Source: an uncultured Methylomirabilota bacterium (lineage in GTDB: Bacteria; Methylomirabilota; Methylomirabilia; Methylomirabilales; 2-02-FULL-66-22). From it: a DNA stretch of 64,000 nt. Shown piece by piece: positions 37,337-48,179 of the stretch. Location: the NCBI GenBank assembly GCA_963705305.1, contig OY970067.1:2784001-2848000 (forward strand). Direction: 5' to 3'. Every line of letters starts with the position of its first letter. The stretch's first letter is position 1. Below the pieces are notes generated by a model. The model saw only the letters and a program-made list of their open reading frames with translations, was not told the DNA's origin and made no database searches. The translations under genes and the position numbers were made by a program.

Positions 37337-38536
37337 ATGAAGCGGACAGCGGGGATCTGGCTGGCGGGCTTCGGGCTCTCGCTCCTGTGTCTGCCGATTG
37401 CCGCCGTGGCCGCCGAGGCCGCCGAGGCCCCGACGTCAGCCGAACAGCCGGGGACGTATGTTGTCAAGGAAGGGGATACGCTCTGGGGGATCGCCAAAGA
37501 CCTCCTGAACGATCCGGTGCTGTGGCCTCGCCTCCAAGAGGAAAACCCCTTCATCACGAACCCCAACCGGATTTATCCGGGTGACCGGTTGGCCATCCCC
37601 GGCCAGCCGGCCGCGCCGGCCCCGGCGCCGGAAGCGGCCCAGACCGCCCCCCCGGCCCCCCAGGCTGCCGCCCCCGTGGCTTCCGCACCGGCGCCGGAGG
37701 AAGAGCCGGCGGCCCCACCCGAGGCGGCTCAAGCTTCCGAGCCAGAGGCTCCCGAGCCGGCCCAGACCCCGGAGCCAGCCCCCGCACCTGCCTCCCCCGA
37801 AGTGAAGGAGACGTCGATACCGCCCGTGCCCCCCGCCAGCGCCGAGGCTATCGCGTGCAGCCCTGTTCTCTTGCCGGAGCAGCTGAAATCGGCCATGGGA
37901 ATGGGGGCAATCGTCCAAGAGGCCAGAGGCCGGACGCTCATATCCGGCGAAGATACCGTTGCCGTGGGATTGGATCCCGGACGCAGCGTCAAGGTCGGCG
38001 ATCTCCTGGCGGTGACCCGAATGGGGCACCTCGTGGCCGATCCCCGGACCGGGAAGAGCCTGGGCCGGGTCTGGCAAACGCTCGGGGTCCTCAAGATTCT
38101 GGAGGTGCGGGAGCAGGTGGCGAAAGCGCGGGTCAGCCACGCCTGCCTCCCGATGGATGTCGGAGACCGAGTCCTTCCGTATACCCCGAGTGCCTTCCCC
38201 GAGGACAAGGTGGCCCAGCCGACCTCGCGGTCGGTGGAGGGCACCATTGTGGATTCGGCGCAGTCGGAACAGTTGGTGGCGCTGCAGCAGGTCGTCTTCC
38301 TGGATGTGGGAACAGGGCAGGGGATCGTGCCGGGCGACATCTTCGCCATTTATCGGCCGAGTCGGCCGGCGGCGAATCCGGTCGGTGGGACCCTCTTTCC
38401 CATCCCGCCCGTGCGGTTGGGCGAGGCCGTGGTCATCCGGGTGACACCGGGGACGTCAACGGCCGTCATCACCTCCAGCCCCGAGGTCAGCCAGGCCGGC
38501 GATCGGGTGGTTCTGAGCCGGGCCATCCAGCCCTAG
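37337..38536 (+). CDS. LysM domain secreted protein with Pro/Ala linker
   Basis: YVVKEGDTLWGIA...NPNRIYPG; sits directly upstream of dprA, a position where such genes often occur. Confidence 0.88.
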   Translation: MKRTAGIWLAGFGLSLLCLPIAAVAAEAAEAPTSAEQPGTYVVKEGDTLWGIAKDLLNDPVLWPRLQEENPFITNPNRIYPGDRLAIPGQPAAPAPAPEAAQTAPPAPQAAAPVASAPAPEEEPAAPPEAAQASEPEAPEPAQTPEPAPAPASPEVKETSIPPVPPASAEAIACSPVLLPEQLKSAMGMGAIVQEARGRTLISGEDTVAVGLDPGRSVKVGDLLAVTRMGHLVADPRTGKSLGRVWQTLGVLKILEVREQVAKARVSHACLPMDVGDRVLPYTPSAFPEDKVAQPTSRSVEGTIVDSAQSEQLVALQQVVFLDVGTGQGIVPGDIFAIYRPSRPAANPVGGTLFPIPPVRLGEAVVIRVTPGTSTAVITSSPEVSQAGDRVVLSRAIQP

Positions 38537-38624
38537 CAGGCTGCCGAAAAGGGCCCATCTGCCGGGTACCCATCCCGATGGATGGGTGACGCCGCCTTGC
38601 ATCTAGACCTTTTTGAACCGCCTG
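38537..38624. repeat. MITE/REP-like palindromic intergenic element
   Basis: Imperfect terminal IR (CAGGCTGCCGAAAAGGG / CCTTTTTGAACCGCCTG), internal hairpin ACCCATCC-CGAT-GGATGGGT; partial copy at 51345. Confidence 0.6.
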
Positions 38625-38747
38625 GACGAAACGGGCATTTCAACATCGTTAAGAACTCTCGGGTTGTCCGGGGAGGGGAGCGAGGCCATCGTCGCGACAG
38701 GCCGCCCGTTACGCCCGCGGGACCGCACGGGCCGCACCGACAGCCGA

Positions 38748-39836
38748 GTGTCCGAGCGCGAGGCGCGCTGGGCGCTGGGATTGCTGCCGCAGCTGGGAGG
38801 GGTAGCCGTTCGAGGCCTGCTCTCGACGTTCGGCTCGGCGCTGGGGGCATGGCAGGCGTCCCGGGAGGAGCTGCTGCGGGTCCCCGGCGTCGGCCCGGGG
38901 GCGGCCGCCGCCCTGTCGCGGTCTCCCTGGGTCCGCATGCTCCGCGAGGATCAGGCCCGGGTCGAGCAAAGCGGCCTGCGCGTGCTCGTCTGGGGGGATC
39001 CGGATTACCCGGCCCGTCTCAGCCAAATCGCCTCGGCGCCCCCGGTCCTGTACCTCCGCGGGACACTGCTTCCCGAGGATGCGGCGGCCGTTGCCATCGT
39101 GGGCTCGCGCCATGCGACCGCCTATGGGTTGGCGGTGGCCGGGGAGCTGGCGCGGCGCGGGCTCACTATCGTGAGCGGCCTGGCCCGGGGCATTGACGGG
39201 GCTGCGCATGCGGGGTGCCTGGATGCCGGCGGGCGGACCATCGCCGTGCTGGGAAGCGGGCTGGATGATATCTACCCGCCGGAGCACCGGGGCCTGGCCA
39301 GCCGAGTGGCGGAGTCGGGCGGCCTCCTGAGCGAGTTCCCCCTGGGTACACCCCCGCTTCGGCCGCACTTCCCGCGCCGCAACCGGATCATCAGCGGGCT
39401 GTGCCTGGGTGTCATCGTGGTGGAGGCGGGCGTGGGGAGCGGGGCGCTCATCACGGCGAATCACGCGTTGGAGCAGGGGCGGGAGGTCTTCGCCGTCCCC
39501 GGCCGGGTGCACGCCCGCTACAGCGAAGGGTGCAACCGGCTGATCAAGGCCGGGGCCAAGCTGGTCGAGAGTTGGGAGGATGTCCTCAGCGAGCTGGTTC
39601 CGCAGCTCCGACCCCGCCGGGCGGCGCCCCGGCCGGCCGTCCCGCCGCCCCTCCTCGCGCCGGCGGAGCACCGAGTGCTCGAGCTCTTGGCCGCCCAGCC
39701 GCTGCATATCGACGTGCTCATCGCGGAGGCGGAACTCCCCGCTGGACGGGTCGCCTCTGCCCTGGTAGGGTTAGAAATGAAAGGACTCGTCCGGCAGCTG
39801 CCGGGAAAGGTCTTCGAGCGGAAGGACGGGAGTTAG
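38748..39836 (+). CDS. dprA: DNA-processing protein DprA
   Basis: AIVGSR, VSGLARGIDG, FPRRNRIISG and SGALITA motifs; C-terminal wHTH. Confidence 0.94.
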   Translation: MSEREARWALGLLPQLGGVAVRGLLSTFGSALGAWQASREELLRVPGVGPGAAAALSRSPWVRMLREDQARVEQSGLRVLVWGDPDYPARLSQIASAPPVLYLRGTLLPEDAAAVAIVGSRHATAYGLAVAGELARRGLTIVSGLARGIDGAAHAGCLDAGGRTIAVLGSGLDDIYPPEHRGLASRVAESGGLLSEFPLGTPPLRPHFPRRNRIISGLCLGVIVVEAGVGSGALITANHALEQGREVFAVPGRVHARYSEGCNRLIKAGAKLVESWEDVLSELVPQLRPRRAAPRPAVPPPLLAPAEHRVLELLAAQPLHIDVLIAEAELPAGRVASALVGLEMKGLVRQLPGKVFERKDGS

Positions 39837-39985
39837 CTTTGGGGGAGGCACGCGTGTCCGGGCACAAGACCCAAGGCGGATCCGGCCTTGGGTTTTCGCA
39901 TCTGGAGAAGAGAGTGGACGGCAGCAGATCCCGTCGGCCTGCGTCGAGCACCCGGGGGGCCGGGCACAGACCCGAGGGAGGAAAG

Positions 39986-42517
39986 TTGGCAGGAGTGGCA
40001 AAATCGCTGGTCATCGTCGAATCGCCGGCCAAGGCCAAGACGATCAACAAGTTCCTGGGCAGGAATTATCTGGTCAAGGCCTCCATGGGGCATGTGCGCG
40101 ATCTGCCCAAGAAGTCCCTGGCCGTCGATGTGCAGCACGACTTCAAGCCGGAGTTCAAGGTCGTTCCCGGACGCGAAAAGGTCCTGACCGAGCTCAAGAC
40201 GGCCGCCAAGGCCTCGGCGGCCGTCTACCTGGCGGCCGACCCCGATCGGGAGGGGGAGGCCATCTGCTGGCACCTGGCCCAGGAGCTCAAGGGGGCGCAC
40301 AAGCCGGTGCACCGGGTGATGTTCAACGAGATCACCCAACGGGCCGTGCAGGACGCCTTCACCCGCCCCGGCCGGATCGACCAGCGGAAGGTGGATGCGC
40401 AGCAGGCCCGGCGGATCCTGGACCGGCTGGTGGGCTATCAGATCAGCCCGCTCTTGTGGGAGAAGGTTCGCCGCGGCATCTCCGCCGGCCGGGTGCAGTC
40501 GGTGGCGCTGCGCCTGGTGGCGGACCGGGAGAAGGAGATCCGGGCCTTCGTCCCGACCGAGTACTGGACCATCACCGCTCAGCTGGCCCGACCTGACGGC
40601 AGCGGGCCCGAGTTCCCGGCGCGCCTCTTCCGGGTGGACGGCGAAAAGGCGGCCGTCCCGTCCCGGGCCGAGGCGGATCGGATCCTGGCCGAGATCGAGT
40701 CCGTCCGCGGCGGGTTCCGGGTGGCCAGCCTGACGCAGAAGCAGAAGCGCCGGAATCCCGTCCCGCCGTTCACCACCAGCAAGCTCCAGCAGGAGGCGGC
40801 GCGCAAGCTCCGGTTCACCGCCCGGCGGACGATGCAGGTGGCCCAGCAGCTCTACGAGGGCATCGAGGTGAGCGACGGCGAGGCCGTGGGGCTCATCACC
40901 TACATGCGCACCGACTCTACCCGGTTGGCGCCCGAGGCCCAGGCGGAGGCGCGGGACTTCATCGCCCGCCGCTACGGCAAGGAGTTCCTGCCGGATCGCC
41001 CGCCCACGTACCGCAGCGGGAAGGGGGCCCAGGAGGCCCACGAGGCCGTCCGACCGACCTCGATCCTGCGCGAGCCGGCGGCGCTGGCGCCCTATCTCTC
41101 GCGAGAGCAGTTGGCGCTCTACACGCTCATCTGGAACCGCTTCGTGGCCTCGCAGATGCGTCCCGCCCTCTTCGACACCGCCACCGCCGACATCGCGGCC
41201 GGGTGCCTGACCTTCCGCGCCAGCGGCCAGCACCTGCGGTTTGCCGGCTTCATGCAGGTCTACGTGGAGGGGCGGGACGAGGCCGCCCAGGGGGAGGCCC
41301 CGGAGGGGGAAGGGGACGAGGAGCGGGCCCTGCCGGCCCTGGCCGAGGGGGATGTCCTGGACTGTCGGGGCGTTCTGCCCGCGCAGCACTTCACGCAACC
41401 GCCGCCGCGGTACACCGAGGCCTCGCTGGTCAAGGAGCTGGAGGAGCGGGGGATCGGCCGTCCCAGCACCTACGCGGCCATCCTGTCGGTGATCCAGAAC
41501 CGGGACTACGCGGTGAAGGAGGAGGGGAAGTTCCGCCCGACGGAGTTGGGCGAGATCGTGGTGGATCTCCTGGTGGAGAGCTTCCCGCGCATCCTGGATC
41601 CGGGGTTCACGGCCCAGATGGAGACCAAGCTGGACGAGATCGAGGAGGGGAGCGTGGATTGGCTGGAGGCCATGCGGACCTTCTACGGGGCCTTCACCCG
41701 GTGGCTGGAGCAGGCCAAGCACAAGATGAAGAACATCAAGGCCATGGAGGAGCCCACGGAGGAGGCCTGCGAGAAGTGCGGCCGTCCGATGGTCGTCAAG
41801 TGGGGGCGGTTCGGCAAGTTCCTGGCCTGCTCGGGGTACCCCGAGTGCAAGAACACCAAGGAGCTGCCCGCCAACGGCGGCGCCCCGGCCGCCGGCGCGG
41901 ATGGCAGCGGCGGCATCCAGGGAGAAGGAGAGCCCTGCGAGAACTGCGGAAAGCCCATGGTGCTGAAGCGCGGCCGGTTCGGTCCCTTCCTGGCCTGCTC
42001 CGGGTACCCCGAGTGCAAGACGGTGATCCGGGTCGCCAAGTCGGCGGCGCGGCCGCCCGAGCCGACCGACCTGATCTGCGACGCCTGCGGGGCCCCCATG
42101 GTCATCCGGGAGGGCCGCTTCGGCAGGTTCTACTCATGCAGCACGTATCCGAAGTGCAAGAACGTGAAGCCCATTCCCATCGGCGTGGACTGCCCCAAAT
42201 GCGGCGCGCCCCTGACGGCCCGGCGCACCAAGCGCGGGCGGACGTTCTACGGGTGCAGCGCCTACCCGAAGTGCGACTTCACGCTGTGGGAGCGGCCGGT
42301 GGCCGAGCCCTGTCCGGCTTGCGGCGCCAAGTTCTTGGTGGAGAAGCGGCTGAAGCGCGGTGTGACCATCCGCTGCATCGCCGAGGGCTGCGACTACGAG
42401 CGGCCGGCGGATGCGACGGGGACGGGGCCGGCCGCCGTGGACGCGGGCGCGCCTGGGGAGGCGTCCGACCCGCTTGTCTCCGGTGGCGATCCCGCCAAGC
42501 GCCGCGCCAAGGGCTGA
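39986..42517 (+). CDS. topA: DNA topoisomerase I with multiple C4 zinc ribbons (start TTG 39986 or GTG 39995)
   Basis: IVESPAKAKTI, DPDREGEAI, SAGRVQS and LITYMRTDS motifs. Confidence 0.96.
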   Translation: MAGVAKSLVIVESPAKAKTINKFLGRNYLVKASMGHVRDLPKKSLAVDVQHDFKPEFKVVPGREKVLTELKTAAKASAAVYLAADPDREGEAICWHLAQELKGAHKPVHRVMFNEITQRAVQDAFTRPGRIDQRKVDAQQARRILDRLVGYQISPLLWEKVRRGISAGRVQSVALRLVADREKEIRAFVPTEYWTITAQLARPDGSGPEFPARLFRVDGEKAAVPSRAEADRILAEIESVRGGFRVASLTQKQKRRNPVPPFTTSKLQQEAARKLRFTARRTMQVAQQLYEGIEVSDGEAVGLITYMRTDSTRLAPEAQAEARDFIARRYGKEFLPDRPPTYRSGKGAQEAHEAVRPTSILREPAALAPYLSREQLALYTLIWNRFVASQMRPALFDTATADIAAGCLTFRASGQHLRFAGFMQVYVEGRDEAAQGEAPEGEGDEERALPALAEGDVLDCRGVLPAQHFTQPPPRYTEASLVKELEERGIGRPSTYAAILSVIQNRDYAVKEEGKFRPTELGEIVVDLLVESFPRILDPGFTAQMETKLDEIEEGSVDWLEAMRTFYGAFTRWLEQAKHKMKNIKAMEEPTEEACEKCGRPMVVKWGRFGKFLACSGYPECKNTKELPANGGAPAAGADGSGGIQGEGEPCENCGKPMVLKRGRFGPFLACSGYPECKTVIRVAKSAARPPEPTDLICDACGAPMVIREGRFGRFYSCSTYPKCKNVKPIPIGVDCPKCGAPLTARRTKRGRTFYGCSAYPKCDFTLWERPVAEPCPACGAKFLVEKRLKRGVTIRCIAEGCDYERPADATGTGPAAVDAGAPGEASDPLVSGGDPAKRRAKG

Positions 42518-42536
42518 CGGCCCGCCCCCTGCGGAT

Positions 42537-43925
42537 ATGCCCGAGCAGGCGATCACGGTGATCGGCGGCGGCCTGGCCGGCTGCGAGGCGGCCTGGCAGG
42601 CCGCACAGCAGGGGCTCCCGGTCCGCCTCTTCGAGATGCGGCCGCGGGCAACGACCGGGGCCCATCAGACCGACCGGCTGGCCGAATTGGTCTGCAGCAA
42701 CTCCCTCAAGTCGGAGTCCCCGGAAGACGCCAGCGGCCTGCTCAAGGCCGAGATGCGGGCGCTGGGCTCGATCATCCTGGCCTGCGCCGAGGCCCATCGC
42801 GTCCCGGCCGGCTCGGCCCTGGCCGTGGACCGGGACGCCTTCGCCGCCGCGGTGACCCGCACCATCACGGAGCACCCCCGGATCGCCGTGGTCCGGGACG
42901 AGGTGCCGGCGCTGCCGGCCGCGCGGCCCCTCATCGTGGCCAGCGGCCCCCTTACCTCCGACCGCCTGGCCGCCGACCTGGCGGCCCGCTTTGCATCGCT
43001 CCTCGGCGGGGACCCGGCCGCGCCGCAGCACGGCCGCACCGGTCAGCTGCTGCACTTCTATGACGCCATCTCGCCCATCATCTCGGCCGAATCCATCGAC
43101 CGGGAGATCGTCTTCGCGGCGGCGCGCTACGGCAAGGGGGGCGCCGACTATCTCAACTGCCCGCTGACCCGGGAAGAGTACCTGGCCTTTCGCGAGGCGC
43201 TGCTCCAGGGCGAGCGATATCCGCTCCACGACTTCGAGCGCCCGAACTACTTCGAGGGCTGTCTCCCCATCGAGGAGCTGGCGGAGCGGGGGGAGGACAC
43301 CCTGCGCTACGGCCCCCTGCGGCCCGTCGGCCTCACGGATCCCCGCACGGGCCGGGGGGCGTACGCCGTGGTCCAGCTCCGGCAGGAGAACCGGGGCCCC
43401 GACGGGCGACCCACCATGTACAATCTGGTGGGCCTCCAGACCCGGTTGCGGCGGGGGGACCAGGCCAGGGCCCTGCGGCTCATTCCCGGCCTGGGGCAGG
43501 CGGAGATCCTTCGCTACGGGAGCGCCCATCGCAACACGTTCATCGCCGCACCGCTGCTCCTCGAGGCCACGCTGCAATTTCGGGGGGACCCGGCGCTGTT
43601 CTTCGCGGGTCAGCTCACCGGCGTGGAGGGCTACCTGGAGTCGGCGGCCACCGGCCTCCTGGCCGGCCTGAACGCGGCGCGCCTGTCGCGAGGCGAGCCG
43701 CCGATGGTGCCGCCGCCCACCAGCATGCTGGGGGGGCTCCTCCGCTACCTCACGCAGGCCGATGTGCGATCGTTCCAACCCATCAACGCCAACTTCGGCC
43801 TCCTGCCCCCCCTGGATCGGGTCGTCCGCGACCGCCGCCAGCGAAACCGCCTGCTGGTAGAGCGGGGGCGGGCCGATTTCCATGGCTGGCTGCTTCCGCT
43901 GGAGGCGGCTTTGCGCCACCTGTGA
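42537..43925 (+). CDS. trmFO: tRNA m5U54 methyltransferase TrmFO
   Basis: GGGLAGCEAA, ELVCSNS, HRNTFI and AGQLTGVEGY motifs. Confidence 0.95.
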   Translation: MPEQAITVIGGGLAGCEAAWQAAQQGLPVRLFEMRPRATTGAHQTDRLAELVCSNSLKSESPEDASGLLKAEMRALGSIILACAEAHRVPAGSALAVDRDAFAAAVTRTITEHPRIAVVRDEVPALPAARPLIVASGPLTSDRLAADLAARFASLLGGDPAAPQHGRTGQLLHFYDAISPIISAESIDREIVFAAARYGKGGADYLNCPLTREEYLAFREALLQGERYPLHDFERPNYFEGCLPIEELAERGEDTLRYGPLRPVGLTDPRTGRGAYAVVQLRQENRGPDGRPTMYNLVGLQTRLRRGDQARALRLIPGLGQAEILRYGSAHRNTFIAAPLLLEATLQFRGDPALFFAGQLTGVEGYLESAATGLLAGLNAARLSRGEPPMVPPPTSMLGGLLRYLTQADVRSFQPINANFGLLPPLDRVVRDRRQRNRLLVERGRADFHGWLLPLEAALRHL

Positions 43926-44068
43926 CGGCCGCGGAGGAGTCCCGGGAGAGGCAAATCGCGCCTTTTCGCTTGATCTTTTCACCCGTCCAGCGTAGATTTC
44001 GCGCCAGGTGGCCGGTCGCCAGCTCCGTGCCGGGATGGCGGCTGGCCGTCTCGACTTTTGGGGGGAGC

Positions 44069-45052
44069 GTGCAGGCGGCCATCGCGGAGTACCTGACCTA
44101 CCTCAAGGCAGAGCGCGACGCCTCGGCCCACACCCTGCGGAACTACCGGGTGGATCTCACACAATTCCTGGAGTTCCTGCGGGACCGCGAGCCGGGCCGG
44201 GCGGTCCCCGGTCCGTCCGCGGTGGATCACCTGGCCATCCGCGGGTTTCTGGCCCGGCTGCACGCGGCCGGGTTGGCGCGGACCAGCCTGGCCAGAAAGC
44301 TGGCCACGCTGCGATCGTTCTTCGCCTTCCTCTGCCGCCGCGGCGCACTGGAGGCGAACCCGGCGGCCCTGCTCCAGGGGCCGCGTCTCCCCGCTCGGGC
44401 CACGCCGCACCTGAGCGTGGATGAGGTGTTTCAACTGCTGGCGGCGACGGGGGGCGGGAACCCGGCCGCCGGAACGACGACCCGCGGCGCGCCGGCGGCG
44501 CCGGCCCTGCGCGACCGGGCCATCCTGGAGCTGTTCTACGCCTCCGGCCTGCGCATCGGCGAGCTGGTGGGGCTGAACCTGTCGGCCGTGGATCTGCAGG
44601 CGGGCCTGGTGCGCGTGCAGGGCAAGGGCCGGAAAGAGCGGATCGTTCCGGTGGGACGCACGGCGCGGGAGGCCCTGCGGGCCTATGTCGAGGGCGGCCG
44701 GGCCGGGCGGTTGCCGGACGGCCGGACGGCCGCGGGGGCGGAGCCGCTCTTCCTGAACCGGCGCGGGGGCCGCCTCACGGCGCGAAGCGTCTCCCGCATC
44801 GTGCTGCGCCACCTCCTGGCCAGCGGGCTGGGGAAGAAGATCACCCCCCACGGATTGCGCCACAGTTTTGCCACGCACCTCTTGAGCGCGGGGGCGGACC
44901 TGCGGAGCATCCAGGAGCTTTTGGGACACGCCCGCCTGAGCACGACGCAGCGCTACACGCATGTGGGGCTGGATCGCGTGCTGCAGGTGTACGACCAGGC
45001 GCATCCCCGGGCGCGGCTGACGGCCCTGGGGGCCGGGGCGGGGAAGCGATGA
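44069..45052 (+). CDS. xerC: Tyrosine recombinase XerC
   Basis: [27 protein letters not shown] and LLGH..TTQRY motifs; context trmFO-xerC-hslV. Confidence 0.9.
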   Translation: MQAAIAEYLTYLKAERDASAHTLRNYRVDLTQFLEFLRDREPGRAVPGPSAVDHLAIRGFLARLHAAGLARTSLARKLATLRSFFAFLCRRGALEANPAALLQGPRLPARATPHLSVDEVFQLLAATGGGNPAAGTTTRGAPAAPALRDRAILELFYASGLRIGELVGLNLSAVDLQAGLVRVQGKGRKERIVPVGRTAREALRAYVEGGRAGRLPDGRTAAGAEPLFLNRRGGRLTARSVSRIVLRHLLASGLGKKITPHGLRHSFATHLLSAGADLRSIQELLGHARLSTTQRYTHVGLDRVLQVYDQAHPRARLTALGAGAGKR

Positions 45053-45639
45053 GCGCAATCCACGCCGGGCCGGGCGGGGAGATCGGCGGCGCCGGGGCAT
45101 CCTCCGGCCCGCGGCTGCGCGGCACCACCATCGTCTCGGTCCGGCACCAGGGAAAAGTGGCCCTAGCCGGGGACGGCCAGGTCTCCTTCGGCGACGTGGT
45201 GATGAAGCATACCGCCAAGAAGGTCCGGCGGATGTACAACGACCAGGTCATCGCGGGATTCGCCGGGGCGGCGGCGGATGCCTTCGCGCTGTTCGGCCGG
45301 TTCGAGGCCAAGCTGGAAGAGTACTCGGGGAATCTCGCCCGCGCCGCCGTGGAGCTGGCCAAGGACTGGCGGACGGATCGGGCCCTGCGGCGCCTGGAGG
45401 CCCTGCTGGCGGTGGTGGACAAGACGTCGTCCCTGATCATCTCGGGCACGGGGGACGTGATCGAGCCCGACGACGGAATCATCGGCCTGGGCTCCGGCGG
45501 CGCCTACGCGACCGCCGCCGCCCGCGCCCTGGTGCGCCACTCCGACCTCACGGCTCGGCAGATCACGGAGGAGGCCCTGCGCATCGCCGCCGGCCTGTGC
45601 GTGTACACCAACGAGCAGATCACGATCGAGGAGTTATAG
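45049..45639 (+). CDS. hslV: ATP-dependent protease subunit HslV
   Basis: TTIVSV..AGDGQV, GSGG and CVYTN motifs. Confidence 0.95.
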   Translation: MSAIHAGPGGEIGGAGASSGPRLRGTTIVSVRHQGKVALAGDGQVSFGDVVMKHTAKKVRRMYNDQVIAGFAGAAADAFALFGRFEAKLEEYSGNLARAAVELAKDWRTDRALRRLEALLAVVDKTSSLIISGTGDVIEPDDGIIGLGSGGAYATAAARALVRHSDLTARQITEEALRIAAGLCVYTNEQITIEEL

Positions 45640-45644
45640 GCACC

Positions 45645-47057
45645 ATGGAGCTGGCACGCATCGCGCTCGCCAAGGCGCCGGCCCGGCGGACCGAGGTTCC
45701 GGGGCCCGGTTTGGAGGAGCGACTGACCCCCCGCCAGATCGTGGCGGAGCTGGATAAGTACATCATCGGCCAGCAGGAGGCCAAGCGCGCGGTGGCCGTG
45801 GCGCTCCGCAACCGCTGGCGCCGGCACAAGCTGCCTCCCGAGCTGCGGGACGAGGTGGCCCCCAAGAATATCATCATGATCGGCCCCACCGGCGTGGGGA
45901 AGACCGAGATCGCCCGCCGCCTGGCCCGTCTGGCCGAGGCCCCCTTCATCAAGGTGGAGGCGTCCAAGTACACCGAGGTGGGGTACGTGGGCCGGGACGT
46001 GGAGTCCATGGTCCGCGATCTGGTGGAGCTGGCGGTCAACATGGTCCGCCAGGAGAAGACCCACATGGTGAAGGCGCGGGCGCAGGAGCTGGCCGAGGAG
46101 CGTCTGCTCGACCTCCTCCTGCCGGCCTCGCGCCCCGCGGCCTACGGGCCGGCCGCGGCCCCGGACGCCGGGACGGCCCAGGACACGCGGGAGAAGCTGC
46201 GCCAGCGGCTGCGGGAAGGGGCGCTGGACGACCGCACCGTCGAGGTGGAGGTGACCAGCAAGAGCTTTCCCCTGGTGGATGCGCTGGGCGGTCAGGGCAT
46301 GGAGGAGGTGCAGGAGAACCTCAAGGAGATGCTGGGCAACTTCCTCCCTCCGCGGAGCAAGCGGCGGAAGGTCAAGGTGCACGAGGCCCGCCGGCTCCTG
46401 GTGCAGGAGGAGGCGGACAAGCTGGTGGAGAAGGAGGACGTGGTCAGCGAGGCCATCTCCCGCGTGGAAAACTCCGGCATCGTGTTCTTGGACGAGCTGG
46501 ACAAGATCGCCGGCCGCGAGGCGACCCACGGACCGGACGTGTCGCGGGAAGGGGTCCAGCGGGACCTCCTGCCTCTGGTGGAGGGCAGCAGCGTCAGCAC
46601 CAAGTACGGGCTGGTGCGGACGGACCACGTCCTGTTCATCGCGGCCGGGGCCTTCCACGTCTCCAAGCCGTCGGACCTGATCCCCGAGCTGCAGGGCCGC
46701 TTTCCGCTCCGCGTCGAGCTGCAGAGTCTGACCCAGCAGGACTTCGTCCGCATCCTGACCGAGCCGGAGACCGCCCTCACCAAGCAGTACCTGGCCCTGC
46801 TGGCCACGGAGAGCGTGGAGCTCCACTTCACCCCGGAGGCCGTCGAGGAGATCGCCCGGATCGCCACCGAGGTGAACCGGGCCGCGGAGAACATCGGGGC
46901 GCGCCGGCTCTACACCATTATGGAGCGGCTGCTGGAGGAGATCTCGTTCGAGGCACCCCACATGGCGGGCGTGCGGGTGGAGATCACGGCCGAGATGGTG
47001 CGGCAGCGGCTGGCCGCCATTGTGAAGGACCAGGATCTGAGCCGGTACATTCTGTAA
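45645..47057 (+). CDS. hslU: ATP-dependent protease ATPase HslU
   Basis: [18 protein letters not shown] and ENIGARRL motifs. Confidence 0.96.
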   Translation: MELARIALAKAPARRTEVPGPGLEERLTPRQIVAELDKYIIGQQEAKRAVAVALRNRWRRHKLPPELRDEVAPKNIIMIGPTGVGKTEIARRLARLAEAPFIKVEASKYTEVGYVGRDVESMVRDLVELAVNMVRQEKTHMVKARAQELAEERLLDLLLPASRPAAYGPAAAPDAGTAQDTREKLRQRLREGALDDRTVEVEVTSKSFPLVDALGGQGMEEVQENLKEMLGNFLPPRSKRRKVKVHEARRLLVQEEADKLVEKEDVVSEAISRVENSGIVFLDELDKIAGREATHGPDVSREGVQRDLLPLVEGSSVSTKYGLVRTDHVLFIAAGAFHVSKPSDLIPELQGRFPLRVELQSLTQQDFVRILTEPETALTKQYLALLATESVELHFTPEAVEEIARIATEVNRAAENIGARRLYTIMERLLEEISFEAPHMAGVRVEITAEMVRQRLAAIVKDQDLSRYIL

Positions 47058-47138
47058 CGTCGGGACCGGGCTCCGGACCGTGCGGGTCCGGGGGGCGCCC
47101 GGACCCCGTGGGTTTCCACTTCAGACGAGCGGTGCGGC

Positions 47139-48170
47139 ATGGATACGATCCTGGTAGTGGACGACGATCGGTTGTTCCTGGCCCTGGCCCGGGACGAGCT
47201 GGAAAAGGCGGGATTCGGCGTACTGTCGGCGGAGGGGGCCAGGGAGGCGCTGGAGATCCTGGGGAAGCAGCCGGTCCAGGCGATCATCATGGACGTGGTG
47301 ATGCCCGAGATGGACGGACTGGAGCTCTTGCCCCGCCTGCGCAAGGAGCACCCCAAAACTCCCGTGATCGTGGTGAGCGGCCGCGCCTCCTTCCTCACCG
47401 GGGTGCAGGCCATGCGGCTGGGCGCGGCGGACTTCCTGCGCAAGCCCCTGAACTTCGACGAGATGGTGCGAACCGTGACGGGGGCCATCCAGCAGAGCCA
47501 GGGGGCCCTGCCCGTCCCCGAGCGGATGGCCCAGCTGGCCCGCCTCCAGAAGAGCGCCCTGGAACTGGCCAACATGATCCGGTTCGATACGCTGGGCGAG
47601 TTCCTGAAGGATAGCGGGGCGCTCTACCAGAAGGTCATTGACCTGATGGCCGTGGTGCTGGACGTGGAGATCGTCTCCCTCATGCTCCTGGACGAGTCGG
47701 AGGGGATCCTGCGCATCGTGCAGGCCCGGGGACTGGATCCGGAGGTGCAGCGGAACGCATCGAACGCGGTCGGCGAGGGGATCTCGGGCTGGGTGGCCAA
47801 GACGGGCGAGCCGCTCTTGATCCGGGACCTGTCCACCGATCCCACCTTCAACGCGCGCGAGCGGAATCCGAAGTACCGGACCAGCTCCCTGATGTGCGTG
47901 CCCCTGAAGGTGAACGGCAAGACCATCGGGGTCATGAACGCCAACAACAAGGAGACGGGCGAGCCGTTCGACGAGCACGACCTGGCGATGTTCACCACCT
48001 TCTCCTGCGTGGTCTCCCTCAGCCTGGCGACGGCCCAGCTGTACGAGCAGCTGACGTCTTCGGTGGACGAGCTGGCCGTCACCAACGCGCGCCTGGCGCG
48101 CGCCAACGTGGAGCTGGAAGCCCGGGTCAAGGAGCTGCAGAGCCTGAAGAGCAGGACCGGCCGGTTCTGA
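47139..48170 (+). CDS. Response regulator: REC + GAF + coiled coil
   Basis: VVDDD, MDVVMPEMDG, KP; GEGISGWV and SLMCVPL GAF motifs. Confidence 0.85.
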   Translation: MDTILVVDDDRLFLALARDELEKAGFGVLSAEGAREALEILGKQPVQAIIMDVVMPEMDGLELLPRLRKEHPKTPVIVVSGRASFLTGVQAMRLGAADFLRKPLNFDEMVRTVTGAIQQSQGALPVPERMAQLARLQKSALELANMIRFDTLGEFLKDSGALYQKVIDLMAVVLDVEIVSLMLLDESEGILRIVQARGLDPEVQRNASNAVGEGISGWVAKTGEPLLIRDLSTDPTFNARERNPKYRTSSLMCVPLKVNGKTIGVMNANNKETGEPFDEHDLAMFTTFSCVVSLSLATAQLYEQLTSSVDELAVTNARLARANVELEARVKELQSLKSRTGRF

Positions 48171-48179
48171 GGACGCGAG

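Noticed and set aside
39401..39985. N-terminal extension making TopA 1038 aa (likewise the 796-aa ArgD and 347-aa SpeD ORFs)
   Set aside because: Extensions overlap upstream genes or intergenic DNA; family N-termini and RBSs indicate downstream starts
44069..45052. Second tyrosine recombinase as a mobile-element marker
   Set aside because: Sits in the conserved topA-trmFO-xerC-hslVU context; it is housekeeping XerC
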